From Candidatus Avispirillum faecium (GTDB taxonomy: Bacteria; Bacillota; Clostridia; Oscillospirales; CAG-272), in contig CAJFOI010000022.1 of the NCBI GenBank assembly GCA_904396155.1, positions 12,607 to 76,606 of the forward strand: a stretch of 64,000 nt of DNA, read 5' to 3'. The translations under genes and the position numbers were made by a program. The notes beneath the pieces were generated by a model. The model did no database searches. It was not told where the DNA came from and worked only from the letters and a program-made list of their open reading frames with translations. Positions 38,230 through 47,710 of the stretch are shown in pieces; the first letter of the stretch is position 1; the number at the start of each line of letters is the position of its first letter.

Positions 38230-38969
38230 TGGATTTTACAAAAGTAGATCAGCTCAGGGACGCGTTGAAGGCAATGCGCCCGCTCAATGACGCGGAACTA
38301 AAACGGCTTCGGGAAGAATTCATCATCGAAAATACCTATGACTCCAATGCCATCGAGGGCAGCACCTTGACGCTTAGGGAAACGGCGCTCATTCTGCAGG
38401 AGGGCATCACGATCGCAGAAAAGCCCGTCAAGGAACATTTGGAGGCAATCGGACACAGGGATGCCTTTGAATACATTCTGACCCTTGCAGATGCAGGTAC
38501 ACCGCTTACAGAGCGGGTAATCAAAGATATACACTCCCTTGTACTGATGAATGACGCCATCAATAAAGGGGTATACAGGGGCATTCCCGTTACGATCGTG
38601 GGAGCGGTTCATACACCACCGCAGCCGTATCTGGTTCCTGTTCAAATGGAGCAGCTTGTACGTGATTATGACGGGATAAAGAGGGATAGGCACATCATTG
38701 AAGCGGCGGCGGAATTTCATCTGCGTTTTGAAGGGATTCATCCGTTTATAGACGGCAACGGCAGAACAGGCCGACTGATTTTAAATTTGGAACTGATGAA
38801 GGCTGGAATGCTTCCGGTGAACATCAAATATACAGACCGCCGCAGGTATAACGACTGCTTTGACGACTACTACGGGAATGGACACACAGCAAAGACGCTT
38901 GTGCAGCTAATAACCAACTATGAGGTGGAAGAGTTGGAAAAGTATATCCGCATCATCGAAGGCAAATAA
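38229..38969 (+). CDS. fic: Fic family protein, class II-like
   Basis: HPFIDGNGRTGR; N-terminal inhibitory SNAIEG. Confidence 0.9.
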   Translation: MDFTKVDQLRDALKAMRPLNDAELKRLREEFIIENTYDSNAIEGSTLTLRETALILQEGITIAEKPVKEHLEAIGHRDAFEYILTLADAGTPLTERVIKDIHSLVLMNDAINKGVYRGIPVTIVGAVHTPPQPYLVPVQMEQLVRDYDGIKRDRHIIEAAAEFHLRFEGIHPFIDGNGRTGRLILNLELMKAGMLPVNIKYTDRRRYNDCFDDYYGNGHTAKTLVQLITNYEVEELEKYIRIIEGK

Positions 38970-38981
38970 AAGATACACATA

Positions 38982-39019
38982 AGGCCCTCTCTATCGGAAG
39001 TGGACAGAGAGGGCTTTTT
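38982..39019 (+). terminator. Intrinsic terminator
   Basis: AGGCCCTCTCT...AGAGAGGGCTTTTT. Confidence 0.65.
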
Positions 39020-39099
39020 CATGTGTTTTTGCAGCAGTTTTGTTTCCCAGGCAAACTTTTCATTCGTTAACCCATAACAAAAAACAAATAAATCGCGTT

Positions 39100-39471
39100 T
39101 CAGGGCCGTTTTAGAACGTTACAAGGGCATTCCCGTATGGTCTTTCGGGGGAACTTCTTCGTTTCCGTCCCCTTCAGAAATCGCTCGCATCTTCTTCTTA
39201 CAGCGTCCTTGCTGCAGGAGCCTGTACGAAAGGCAACCTTCTCCCAGTTGTTCCCGTCCGCAAATCGGCAAAGGATAATCTCACGTATGGAATGATCTTC
39301 AATGGCGTCAATAAAGCGGACCAGCTCCCTCCCTTCCTCCAGGCATTTCTTTAGTTTCTCGTTGAGATACGCTTTGTCACCTGCCAGAAGCTGTTCATCG
39401 TGCAGCCGTTCCTGCAGGTCCCGGATTTCCATGCGCAGATAGCGCAGCTGCCTTAGTCTCTTGTTTGTCAT
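39100..39471 (-). CDS. Phage RinA/ArpU-like transcriptional regulator
   Basis: L.QLRYL..EI..L...IDAIED...REII..RF.DG..WE.VA. Confidence 0.6.
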   Translation of the reverse strand: MTNKRLRQLRYLRMEIRDLQERLHDEQLLAGDKAYLNEKLKKCLEEGRELVRFIDAIEDHSIREIILCRFADGNNWEKVAFRTGSCSKDAVRRRCERFLKGTETKKFPRKTIRECPCNVLKRP

Positions 39472-40061
39472 ATACCCTCAATTCCTGGCATCCGTCCATA
39501 TACTTGATTACGGCCGCTTCCACACTGCTCATGCCGGTATCTCGGAAGAATGCCAGACTGGTATGTTTCATCCCATCACTGTAATACTGCGCCATACTTC
39601 GGATTTTCGGATTCTGCCGCAAGTGACGCAGGGCCTTGTTCTTCACCTGTCCGGCATAGCTTTGGGTGCGCATCCCGAGAAGTACCGTGCAGTCTTTCAG
39701 AGAGACCTCCCGGTAGAAATGATACTGTATGATTTTCCGCTCCATGTCGGGCGGGGAGTCTACTGCTCTGTGCAGCTCCTCATACATCATAGCGTCTTCC
39801 ACCGCCTCAAAGGGCTGCTCGCTTTGCGGATCCTCGATGGTGTCCCCCAGCAGCAGTTCCCCGTCCCCCTCTCCTGTGAGCTTCATGTCCAGGCTTGTGC
39901 AGGTGTTCAGCGGTTTTTTCTGCTGCCGCACAGCGTTTCCGGTATCTTGTATATATGCCGCCGGCAAGCTTGTACAAGAACCTGTATAGATTCTTCCACA
40001 GCTTTTCTGTGCATGCGGTATCCCCATCCTTGATGCGTACGGCCAGCTCCTCTTTGGTCAT
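39395..40061 (-). pseudogene. Phage sigma-70-like factor with frameshift/internal deletion
   Basis: N-terminus MTKEELAVRIKDGD... and C-terminus SLD...LGDTIEDP...KALRHLR are in different frames, joining near 39925. Confidence 0.7.
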
Positions 40062-40225
40062 TGACATTCCCCTCCACTTTTCGTATAATATACGTACAGA
40101 CGGATCTGATTTGCAGTCGTCAAAAAGCGGAAGGAGAGGGCATGTGCGCCCTCTCTTTTTCTGTACGATTTTTGAGCAGTTTTTTGTGCTAAATTTGCGC
40201 TGATTTTGTACCGTTTATGCTCCCA

Positions 40226-40320
40226 TTATGTGCTTGCTTGTATCAAACGCAGAGCGTCCTCCACGCAGTAGCATACCCCTGCAATGGCGCCTGCAGCAGA
40301 TGGGATTCTGTCTTTGGCAT
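40226..40320 (-). pseudogene. VRR-NUC-like gene remnant (internal deletion)
   Basis: AGGAGG + MPKTESHLLQ joined out of frame to GAIAGVCYCVEDALRLI*. Confidence 0.55.
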
Positions 40321-40331
40321 AGACCCTCCTG

Positions 40332-40490
40332 TTAAAAACTGCTTTTGTCGCACCTTTCCTTGATTCTCTCCTCATATTCCTCCGGCGTCATGGGGATGTC
40401 CTGTAAATCCGCCTTGAACCGCTCATAATCCCACACTTTTCTGTGCCCATGTTCGGGATACCTGTAGGGCTTCTTTCCTCCTTTTACCAC
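40332..40490 (-). CDS. Small phage-type hypothetical protein (52 aa)
   Basis: GTG overlapping the primase stop; ...YERFKADL..MTPEEYEERI. Confidence 0.4.
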   Translation of the reverse strand: MVKGGKKPYRYPEHGHRKVWDYERFKADLQDIPMTPEEYEERIKERCDKSSF

Positions 40491-42271
40491 GGCAGTTCCT
40501 CCGTTTCTCCGATTTCCGTATACACAGGCTCTCCGTCCATCCAGCCGTATTGCCGGGTGTTGCCTGTGCTTGGTAAATAAAAGCGCCTGCTGGTGGTGCA
40601 GAAATTGAGGCCGATTTCCCCCACTTTACCATAGAACCGGTTTTTAATCACCCGGAGAACGCTGTCCGCTCCGTTCTGGGCTCGTTCCGCTTCGCTCAGT
40701 CGGCTGACTGTGATCACATTGTCGGCGCGGTTGGTAATATCCCCGCTGCCGGCGATATCGTCATTCCCCAAATCCCGGTCCGTCTTCCTTGGGTGGGCTA
40801 CAAGATGGACGTGGACGTTGTACTTCTTTGCAAAATCAACAAGCTGTCCCGTAAAGACCGACTGCTTGCGGTAAAAGCTTCTGTCGTCTCCATCGTTTTG
40901 CAGGGTCATCAGGTTGTCCACCATAAAGACCTTGCAGTCGTATCGCTTTACTGCGTAAGTGAACACATTCATCACATTCTCCACTTCGTTGCTTTGGGCG
41001 ATCGAATTGTCGTATATGTAAAACCTGCCCCGGTACCAGTCGTGGATCATGTCCCGCATCCCCTTTGTGATATATGCCGCTTGGGTATCCCGCAGGGGAT
41101 CCTTCCGGTACATCACATACTTCGGTCCGGCACACTGCAAATCGATACAGTATTGGAAATAGGTCGCCTGCAGCTCCCCGCTGTATGCGCATACCTTGCT
41201 GCCGCATTCCACTGCCTCAATCATCATCTGTCCCAGAAGGGTGCTTTTTCCCTCTCCCCGCTTGCCCGTCCACACAGTCAGCTGGCCTGCCATAAATCCA
41301 CCCAGGATGTCGTCCAGGGCTTTTATGCCGCTGCTGTCACGCTCTATGCTTTCCAAATCCAGCGGCTTTACGTCCGCCAGCTCCAGCAGTCCCGCCACCG
41401 GCACCAGCTTTGCTCCCGCCACGGCCTCTATTACCGCATCCTTGCCATGACGGTACAAAAGCTCATTTGCATCCTTGCAGCCCCTGTACAGTTCCAGCGG
41501 CACCGTGCTGATCCGGCACTCTCCCAGCCGGCTGATCAGCTTTGCGGCAAGCTCCTGTCCCGGCGCGTCGTTATCCACAAACAGGGTAATGTTGTGAAAT
41601 TGCTGCAGCCAGTCAAAGCACGTGTCCAGGAAGGTGAGGTCCTGCGTCCCGCTGGGGACACTGACCGCGTTGTCGATCCCACATTCCACAAGCGACAGGC
41701 AGTCGATTTCCCCTTCCACAATAATCAGGGGCTTTTCGGGGCTGCACAGATGCATCAGATACAGCACTGGCTTTGTATCCTTGTCCCGCCACGCTTTGCG
41801 CTCTCCCGTGCCTTTCTGCACCTTGTGGGAGGGTCGGTACTTGGTGAACACATGCGTCCCGGACGCATCCAGATAGTTAAATTGAATGTTCCCGTTTGCG
41901 TCGGACCGCACGCCGCATGTTTCCAGCGTCTGTTTGCTGATACCACGCAGTTTTAGATATTCCTCGGCCTGTTTTGTCAGCGGACTGCCCTCTCCCCGGG
42001 GACTGGCGTAGTGCTTTTCTTTGCGGAACGGTTCCAGGGTCATGCTTTGGTCCGCCTGTACTCCAAAATCCCTGCACAGCTGGGTAAAGTGTCCCTGTCT
42101 TCCGCAGCTTCCCCGCTGGCATTTGAACACCTGCCGATCAACGTTCAGCGCAAAGGTGTATTTGTCCTTGTGGTCGCCGCCGTGACAATAGGGGCAGTAT
42201 GTTGGGATGATTTCTTGCCCCTTTCTCTGATACGGCTGCAGAAATGCGTCTGCAAAAGCGTAAACGTCCAT
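40484..42271 (-). CDS. Bifunctional primase-helicase (T7 gp4/Twinkle-like)
   Basis: CPYC..C..C Zn finger, TOPRIM EGEID and DND, helicase GKRGEGKS and HPRK. Confidence 0.9.
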   Translation of the reverse strand: MDVYAFADAFLQPYQRKGQEIIPTYCPYCHGGDHKDKYTFALNVDRQVFKCQRGSCGRQGHFTQLCRDFGVQADQSMTLEPFRKEKHYASPRGEGSPLTKQAEEYLKLRGISKQTLETCGVRSDANGNIQFNYLDASGTHVFTKYRPSHKVQKGTGERKAWRDKDTKPVLYLMHLCSPEKPLIIVEGEIDCLSLVECGIDNAVSVPSGTQDLTFLDTCFDWLQQFHNITLFVDNDAPGQELAAKLISRLGECRISTVPLELYRGCKDANELLYRHGKDAVIEAVAGAKLVPVAGLLELADVKPLDLESIERDSSGIKALDDILGGFMAGQLTVWTGKRGEGKSTLLGQMMIEAVECGSKVCAYSGELQATYFQYCIDLQCAGPKYVMYRKDPLRDTQAAYITKGMRDMIHDWYRGRFYIYDNSIAQSNEVENVMNVFTYAVKRYDCKVFMVDNLMTLQNDGDDRSFYRKQSVFTGQLVDFAKKYNVHVHLVAHPRKTDRDLGNDDIAGSGDITNRADNVITVSRLSEAERAQNGADSVLRVIKNRFYGKVGEIGLNFCTTSRRFYLPSTGNTRQYGWMDGEPVYTEIGETEELPW

Positions 42272-42281
42272 GTATTACACC

Positions 42282-42998
42282 TCATGTCCGCAGGTTTGCA
42301 TACACACGTACAGGTTCTGTCTCGGAAGGAGAAGGGGTGTCCTTTTCATTCTTTTCCCATGTTCTGACCGCCGCTTTCCAGTCCTTCATTTTCCTGCCCT
42401 TGGACAGATCCCACCCCCGTGCGGCATAATAATCTATAAACTGTTCCGGGTCGATGCCGTTATGACGTTCCCTGCAATATGCGGTTACTTCTTCCACACT
42501 GGGTGGGGTGAATTTTTTGTTGTGCGTCGCTTGCGGCGCCAAAACACTCTTCTCTCTTTTCTCTTTTGTCTTCTCTCTTTTCTCTAACGTCACATTTTGC
42601 GCACATTGTGACGGAATCGCGTCACATTGTGACGTTTTGTTCCCCCTGCTTTTTCGCATTCTGCCCGCACTTTCGCTTTCGCTGCCGACCATTTCTGCGC
42701 TTTTAGGCAGAAAATAGTTTCTGTCGGGATGGGACTCAATCAGATTATGTGTTTGCAGGAATGCAAGCGTTAATTTGACGTTTTCCGCATCTTCGTTCAT
42801 AACTAAGGACAATTCGTCTGAGAAATCTTCTTCAATTCCCTCATGAATCAACATCCCGCCATTGTTGATACTTAAAAGCAGCATCTTCAAGTAAATGATT
42901 GTAAAGGTATCGCCACCTGCAATACGACGCAGTTTTTTTATTTTCGGTTCTTCGAAAAAGGTGTCCCGCAGTTTCAGCCAGTAATATCTCCTTGCCAT
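42282..42998 (-). CDS. Phage replisome organizer / replication initiator
   Basis: RRYYWLKL...FF...IKKLRR..GG....IYLKMLLLS; C-terminal F.DYY...GW...MKDWKAAVRTW. Confidence 0.88.
   Translation of the reverse strand: MARRYYWLKLRDTFFEEPKIKKLRRIAGGDTFTIIYLKMLLLSINNGGMLIHEGIEEDFSDELSLVMNEDAENVKLTLAFLQTHNLIESHPDRNYFLPKSAEMVGSESESAGRMRKSRGNKTSQCDAIPSQCAQNVTLEKREKTKEKREKSVLAPQATHNKKFTPPSVEEVTAYCRERHNGIDPEQFIDYYAARGWDLSKGRKMKDWKAAVRTWEKNEKDTPSPSETEPVRVYANLRT
42550..42634. other. Putative replication origin (iterons) inside the initiator gene
   Basis: Three (GT)CACATT(G/T)TG repeats including the near-palindrome CGTCACATTGTGACG, next to a CT-rich strand-biased tract. Confidence 0.55.
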
Positions 42999-43030
42999 TT
43001 CCCTCCTCCTTTCTGTCTATGTAGTACAGG

Positions 43031-43249
43031 TCAGGCCTTTTCGCTTTGTGCGCTCGCAAGCGTTTGACTATCCAGCCATTGGAAGAACTTGTCCCGATTG
43101 ACAAACTTTCTGCCTCCTATGCAAACCACAGGGATATCCTCTCTGTTGAGCAGCTGATAAGCCATTGTTTTTGTAACCCCTACTTTTTGCAGATCCTTTG
43201 CACTCATCAGCAGGGGAAAATCTTCCCGGATAATGCGATTCGTTTCCAT
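43031..43249 (-). CDS. Excisionase-like HTH protein
   Basis: P.LMSAKDL...G....AYQL......P...IG.RK.V....F..WL. Confidence 0.8.
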   Translation of the reverse strand: METNRIIREDFPLLMSAKDLQKVGVTKTMAYQLLNREDIPVVCIGGRKFVNRDKFFQWLDSQTLASAQSEKA

Positions 43250-43276
43250 ATTGTACCATCCTTTCTTTTTTTATCA

Positions 43277-43351
43277 TTGACAATTTGCATTTTTTGTGCT
43301 ATGCTTTGATTATACCATAACAAATTGGATATGTAAATATATTTTGTTATG
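43277..43351. promoter_or_regulatory. Opposed repressor/xis promoters with operator palindrome
   Basis: + TTGACA-17-TATGCT; - TTTACA-17-TATAAT; CATAACAAA...TTTGTTATG. Confidence 0.55.
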
Positions 43352-43402
43352 TTTTTGAAAGTACATAACATTATAGTTACTATCCAGGAGGATTAAAGCA
43401 AT

Positions 43403-44146
43403 ATGGATAACAAAAAGGTTATTGGACAACGAATAAATAGCGCTCTGGCTGCCGCAAACAAAAAACAAAAGGAATTGGCAGCGGCACTCGGCGTTACGGA
43501 TAATACAATTTCGTATTTTGCAAGCGGAAAAAGAACGCCGAATACGGAACAGATCATAAAGATTGCAGAATTTCTGAATGTATCAGCAGATTATCTTTTG
43601 GGCTTGTCGGACGTACAGTCAACCGATATTGATACACAAGCCATATGCAAAAAAATTGGATGTTCGGAAGAAGTTATTGAAAATCTAACGTTTTTATATA
43701 GCGGAGAAAAAAATATTGGTGGAACCATTTTCAAAAAACACAAGCAAAAACGAGTGTCAACTGATTTCCTGGATCAATTTTTTTCTTCCCCAAAATTGGA
43801 ACATTTTTTACTCACAATAAAAAGAACTGTATATGCAAAAAACGAGGCTGTAATTTTATATAAACAAGCAAATACTTGTCATAAAGAGTTAGACAATATA
43901 GAGCTGAGATTGGCACAAGAAGTGGATGCAGAGGTAGAAACGGGTAAGATTGATCCTGATGAAGCTATATACATATTTGAACAGCGTTGCAGGATGGATA
44001 TAACATATTCTAAAATGTTTGGTGAAACAAGTAGGTTACTTTCAAATGCTGAATCGGCCCGTGAAAAATCTGATGCTATATTATGGCGTTCGCAACATGA
44101 ATTTTGGGAATTTATTGAGTCTTTGGCAACGGGGATAAAGGTATAA
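43403..44146 (+). CDS. XRE-family repressor
   Basis: QKELAAALGV...IS....GKRTP....I.KIA.FL.VS.DYLLG. Confidence 0.88.
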   Translation: MDNKKVIGQRINSALAAANKKQKELAAALGVTDNTISYFASGKRTPNTEQIIKIAEFLNVSADYLLGLSDVQSTDIDTQAICKKIGCSEEVIENLTFLYSGEKNIGGTIFKKHKQKRVSTDFLDQFFSSPKLEHFLLTIKRTVYAKNEAVILYKQANTCHKELDNIELRLAQEVDAEVETGKIDPDEAIYIFEQRCRMDITYSKMFGETSRLLSNAESAREKSDAILWRSQHEFWEFIESLATGIKV

Positions 44147-44156
44147 AAGGGAACAC

Positions 44157-45341
44157 ATGAAAATGTCTAAATCAAACAATAAAAACGCTAAAGGGGGAGG
44201 CACGATCCGCCAGCGTCCAGATGGAAGGTGGGAAGCCCGCTATACTGTCGGAAGAGACCCCGGAACAGGAAAGCAGATCCAGCGTTCCGTTTATGGGCGA
44301 ACACAGGCGGAAGTGCGAAAAAAGCTTTCCCAGATTAGTACGGAAATTGATAACGGTGTTTATAAGGATCCGTTAAAAATCACTGTGGGAGAATGGCTGG
44401 ATATCTGGCTGGAAGAATATATCGGCAATGTAAAGCCGAATACTGTGATTACATATACAATAAAAGTGAATAACCACCTAAAGCCGGCCTTCGGTGCTGT
44501 AAAGTTGAATTCCCTCTCAGCGCCGGCCATACAAAAATTATATAACGATATGCAGAAGGGGAGAAGAGGCGGGAAAGCATATTCCGCAAAAGCAATAAAA
44601 GACCTGCATGGAGTTCTTCATAAGGCGCTACAGCAGGCCGTACAGATCGGGTATTTGCGGTTTAATCCTTCTGACAGTTGTACGCTTCCAAGGGTAGGGC
44701 GACGGGATATAAAACCTTTTGAGAATGACAAAATGGCCGAATTTCTGCGGAGGATCCAAGGGGACAAATATGAACTGCTTTATATTGTTGCGCTGTTTAC
44801 GGGTATGAGAAAAAGTGAACTGATGGGCCTCACATGGGACTCTGTAGATTTTACTCATGGAAGCATCACCGTAAAGCAGCAGCTGCAGTTATCTCCAGAT
44901 GGTTCCTATTACTTTACTACACCTAAAAACGATAAACCGCGTACGATTCATGCAGCGCCTACCGTTATGGATGCTCTTCGAAGGCAGTATTGTAAGCAGT
45001 TAGAAGAACGGACAGCAGCAGGTAAATTATGGCAGCCCGGTGCGTTTCAAAATATCGTTTTTACAAATGCTTTCGGCGGGCATATGAAGCCTAAAACGAT
45101 ACACAAACGATTTAAGGCAATCGTGACCGAAATGGGATTACCGGACATGCGGTTTCATGATTTGCGCCATACCTATGCAGTGATGTCTATACAGGCCGGG
45201 GACGATATAAAAACCGTACAGGAAAATATGGGCCACCATACGGCAGCTTTTACGCTGGATGTGTACGGACATGTAACAGAACAGATGCGGCAGGACAGTG
45301 CCTCCCGGATGGAACAATTGATTCAGCGAATCATCAGTTGA
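44157..45341 (+). CDS. int: Tyrosine integrase of the island
   Basis: TGMRKSE, HDLRHT, MGH, VY.H; adjacent to att/tRNA. Confidence 0.95.
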   Translation: MKMSKSNNKNAKGGGTIRQRPDGRWEARYTVGRDPGTGKQIQRSVYGRTQAEVRKKLSQISTEIDNGVYKDPLKITVGEWLDIWLEEYIGNVKPNTVITYTIKVNNHLKPAFGAVKLNSLSAPAIQKLYNDMQKGRRGGKAYSAKAIKDLHGVLHKALQQAVQIGYLRFNPSDSCTLPRVGRRDIKPFENDKMAEFLRRIQGDKYELLYIVALFTGMRKSELMGLTWDSVDFTHGSITVKQQLQLSPDGSYYFTTPKNDKPRTIHAAPTVMDALRRQYCKQLEERTAAGKLWQPGAFQNIVFTNAFGGHMKPKTIHKRFKAIVTEMGLPDMRFHDLRHTYAVMSIQAGDDIKTVQENMGHHTAAFTLDVYGHVTEQMRQDSASRMEQLIQRIIS

Positions 45342-45343
45342 CG

Positions 45344-45369
45344 GAAAAGAGGCCTTGCGGCCTCTTTTT
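45344..45369 (+). terminator. Intrinsic terminator after int
   Basis: GAAAAGAGGCC-ttgc-GGCCTCTTTTT. Confidence 0.75.
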
Positions 45370-45415
45370 CTATGTTTCTAATTCTGTAAAGGGTAAAATA
45401 AAGGGTCAAAATCTG

Positions 45416-45491
45416 TTTTTGCATAAGAAAAAGTCCTGTAAACTCAGTGTTTACAGGACTTTTTTCTGGCAGGGGCACAAAGACTCGAACT
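45416..45491. repeat. Right attachment site (with hairpin 45428-45465 and tRNA 3' end)
   Basis: Direct repeat of 6157-6232. Confidence 0.92.
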
Positions 45492-45542
45492 CTGGACACG
45501 TGGTTTTGGAGACCACTGCTCTACCAACTGAGCTATACCCCT
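45467..45542 (-). tRNA. tRNA-Trp (CCA)
   Basis: 76 nt AGGGGTATAGCTCAGTTGGTAGAGC...CTCCAAA...GTTCGAGTC...CCCCTGCCA cloverleaf with encoded CCA. Confidence 0.97.
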
Positions 45543-45636
45543 GTGGACCGCCTGCCGCGGACATAAAATATTTTATCATAAAGCAGCAAACTTTGCAAGC
45601 CTTTTTGTAAATTTTTTCGGTGCGACGCCCCAAAGG

Positions 45637-47052
45637 TCACTGCAAAAGAGGGATGACTTTTGTGATGTCGCCCGCTCCCATGATCAAGAACATGTCTTCC
45701 TTTTTTCCGTGACTGTTGAGGTATGCTGCGATGTCCGCAAATGGATCAATACAGCGGCAGACAGCGCCGTTTTTTGCAATGGCGTCGGCCAGCCGCTGAG
45801 AGGAGACGCCCAGTGTGTCTGTTTCTCTGGCGGAGTAAATGGGCGCCAGCACCACTTCGCCGTCTTTGATGCCGGAGAGCGCTTTGGCAAAGCCGTCAAA
45901 CAGCCGGCTGGTCCGGGAATAGGTGTGGGGTTGAAAGACGCAGTAGATCCGCCGGTATCCCATTTGCGCCGCCGCCGAGAGGGTCGCGGCGACTTCTGTG
46001 GGGTGGTGGGCATAATCGGAGTAGATGGCGGCGCCGCATGCGGCAGTGCCGCAGGGTTCCATCCGGCGGCTCAGCCCGTGGAAGGCGTCCAGTGCCCGGG
46101 AGATTTCTTCTCCGCAGATCCCGCACAGATGGGCGGCGGCTCCGGCGGCCAGCGCGTCGCAGACTGCATGGGCGCCGGGGATCCTGAGGGAAACCGTGCA
46201 TAGGGGGGTGCCGCTGTGCCGGAGGACAAACCGTGCGCATCCCTTTTCCAGGGTGATTGCATCGGCACAGTAATCCGCCTCCGGCGTCTCTACGCCAAAC
46301 GTCACCAGCCGTCCGCCGTATCCAGCGGCAGCCTGCATCACGTCGGCATCGGCGCAGTTGACCAGCGCGATGCCGGAGGGGCCGGTGCGCTCCAAAAATT
46401 TATGGAAGGAAGTATGAATTTGTTCCATAGAATGAAAATAATCCACATGATCCATTTCTATATTCAAAATAATGGCGATAGTGGGGTAAAAATCCAAAAA
46501 GGAATCCATATATTCGCAGGCTTCAAAAATAAAATATTCTTCTCCGCCGATTTTGTGGGTGCTATGCACGCTTGCCATTTTCGCGCCGCAACTTACCGTT
46601 GGATTGCGCCCCGCATCGGAAAAGATCTTTTCCAGCATGGAGGTGGTGGTGGATTTGCCGTGCATGCCGCTGACGCCGATGCGGCAGTCGTAGCCGGACA
46701 TCAGGTATCCAAGATAATCCGCTCTGGAGACGCAGGGAATCCCCGCGGCGCTGGCCGCGGCGTATTCCGCATTGTCGGCAGGCATGGCTACGGTGTATAC
46801 CAGCAGATCGCAGCCGGTTACATGCGTGGGGTCCTCCTTGTTGTAAACAGGGATCCCGCAGGCTTCCAGCTGGCGCGTGATGTCAGACCGGGCGCGGTCG
46901 TACCCGCTGACGGAGTGCCCCCGCAGCTGGGACACCCGGGCCAGGGAACACATACTGATTCCTCCAATACCGGCAAAAAAGATTTTTTTCGAGCCGCCGG
47001 AGAGAATCTCCCCGATGGCTGCCGCACCCAGATGTGTATTTTTCAGTGCCAT
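45637..47052 (-). CDS. murC: UDP-N-acetylmuramate--L-alanine ligase
   Basis: GIGGISM, G.HGKSTT, EACEY, DYAHHP, FQPHTYSRT, GAGDI. Confidence 0.95.
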   Translation of the reverse strand: MALKNTHLGAAAIGEILSGGSKKIFFAGIGGISMCSLARVSQLRGHSVSGYDRARSDITRQLEACGIPVYNKEDPTHVTGCDLLVYTVAMPADNAEYAAASAAGIPCVSRADYLGYLMSGYDCRIGVSGMHGKSTTTSMLEKIFSDAGRNPTVSCGAKMASVHSTHKIGGEEYFIFEACEYMDSFLDFYPTIAIILNIEMDHVDYFHSMEQIHTSFHKFLERTGPSGIALVNCADADVMQAAAGYGGRLVTFGVETPEADYCADAITLEKGCARFVLRHSGTPLCTVSLRIPGAHAVCDALAAGAAAHLCGICGEEISRALDAFHGLSRRMEPCGTAACGAAIYSDYAHHPTEVAATLSAAAQMGYRRIYCVFQPHTYSRTSRLFDGFAKALSGIKDGEVVLAPIYSARETDTLGVSSQRLADAIAKNGAVCRCIDPFADIAAYLNSHGKKEDMFLIMGAGDITKVIPLLQ

Positions 47053-47288
47053 GTGCCCACCCTCGTTTCGTTCATAAAATACGCAAGAATCATTCAATCA
47101 GTTTTTTAATTTCTTTTACAGTATTAGTATATCATTTTGCCGCAGTTTGTGCTATAATCCTATTGTACCATAAAATCGAGCAAATACAAAGCCCGGCGGG
47201 TAAAAATTTTCGCACTGCGCATACTGGCGAAAAAACAGACGATAATAGGAACAGCAATCTTATTTTACATTATGAAAGGAAGGCTACG

Positions 47289-47618
47289 ATGAACATTACA
47301 GATGTAAAGATTCGGAAACTGTTTGAGGAGGGACCCATGAAGGCGATCGCCTCCGTCACCTTTGACGATCAGCTGGCTGTGCATGATATCAAAGTGATTT
47401 ACGCACGCGACAAGTACTTTATTGTGATGCCCAGCCGGAAGAATGCGGACGGTTCCTTTAGGGATATCGTGCACCCCATCAACGGTGCATTCCGCGCCGA
47501 GTTGGAGACAGCTGTGCTGCGGGCGTATGACGCCGCGCTGGCACTGGCACAGACAGAGGCTGCACAAGCGAGCGCAGAGGAAGCCTCTGCAGCAGAAGAA
47601 ACGCCTGCCTCAGAGTAG
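47289..47618 (+). CDS. spoVG: Septation regulator SpoVG
   Basis: MNITDVKIRK...MKAIASVTFD...HDIKVI...MPSRK...DIVHPI. Confidence 0.95.
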   Translation: MNITDVKIRKLFEEGPMKAIASVTFDDQLAVHDIKVIYARDKYFIVMPSRKNADGSFRDIVHPINGAFRAELETAVLRAYDAALALAQTEAAQASAEEASAAEETPASE

Positions 47619-47710
47619 GCGCCCGCCGCCGGGAGAAAATGGGGCTTCTGCATTGTGGGCAGAAGCAAAGAGGGGGAGACTTCCCCCTCTTTTTTTGCTG
47701 CAAGTGCGGA

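Larger units (their letters stand above)
6208..45491. mobile_element. ~39 kb tRNA-Trp-integrated genomic island (phage-satellite-like backbone plus quorum-sensing/biosynthetic cargo)
   Basis: att direct repeats, integrase adjacent to the tRNA, xis/repressor/rep/primase, AT-rich cargo, no host REP units inside. Confidence 0.9.

Noticed and set aside
35641-45466. Intact prophage or ICE
   Set aside because: No structural, packaging, lysis, relaxase or mating-pair genes between the att sites.
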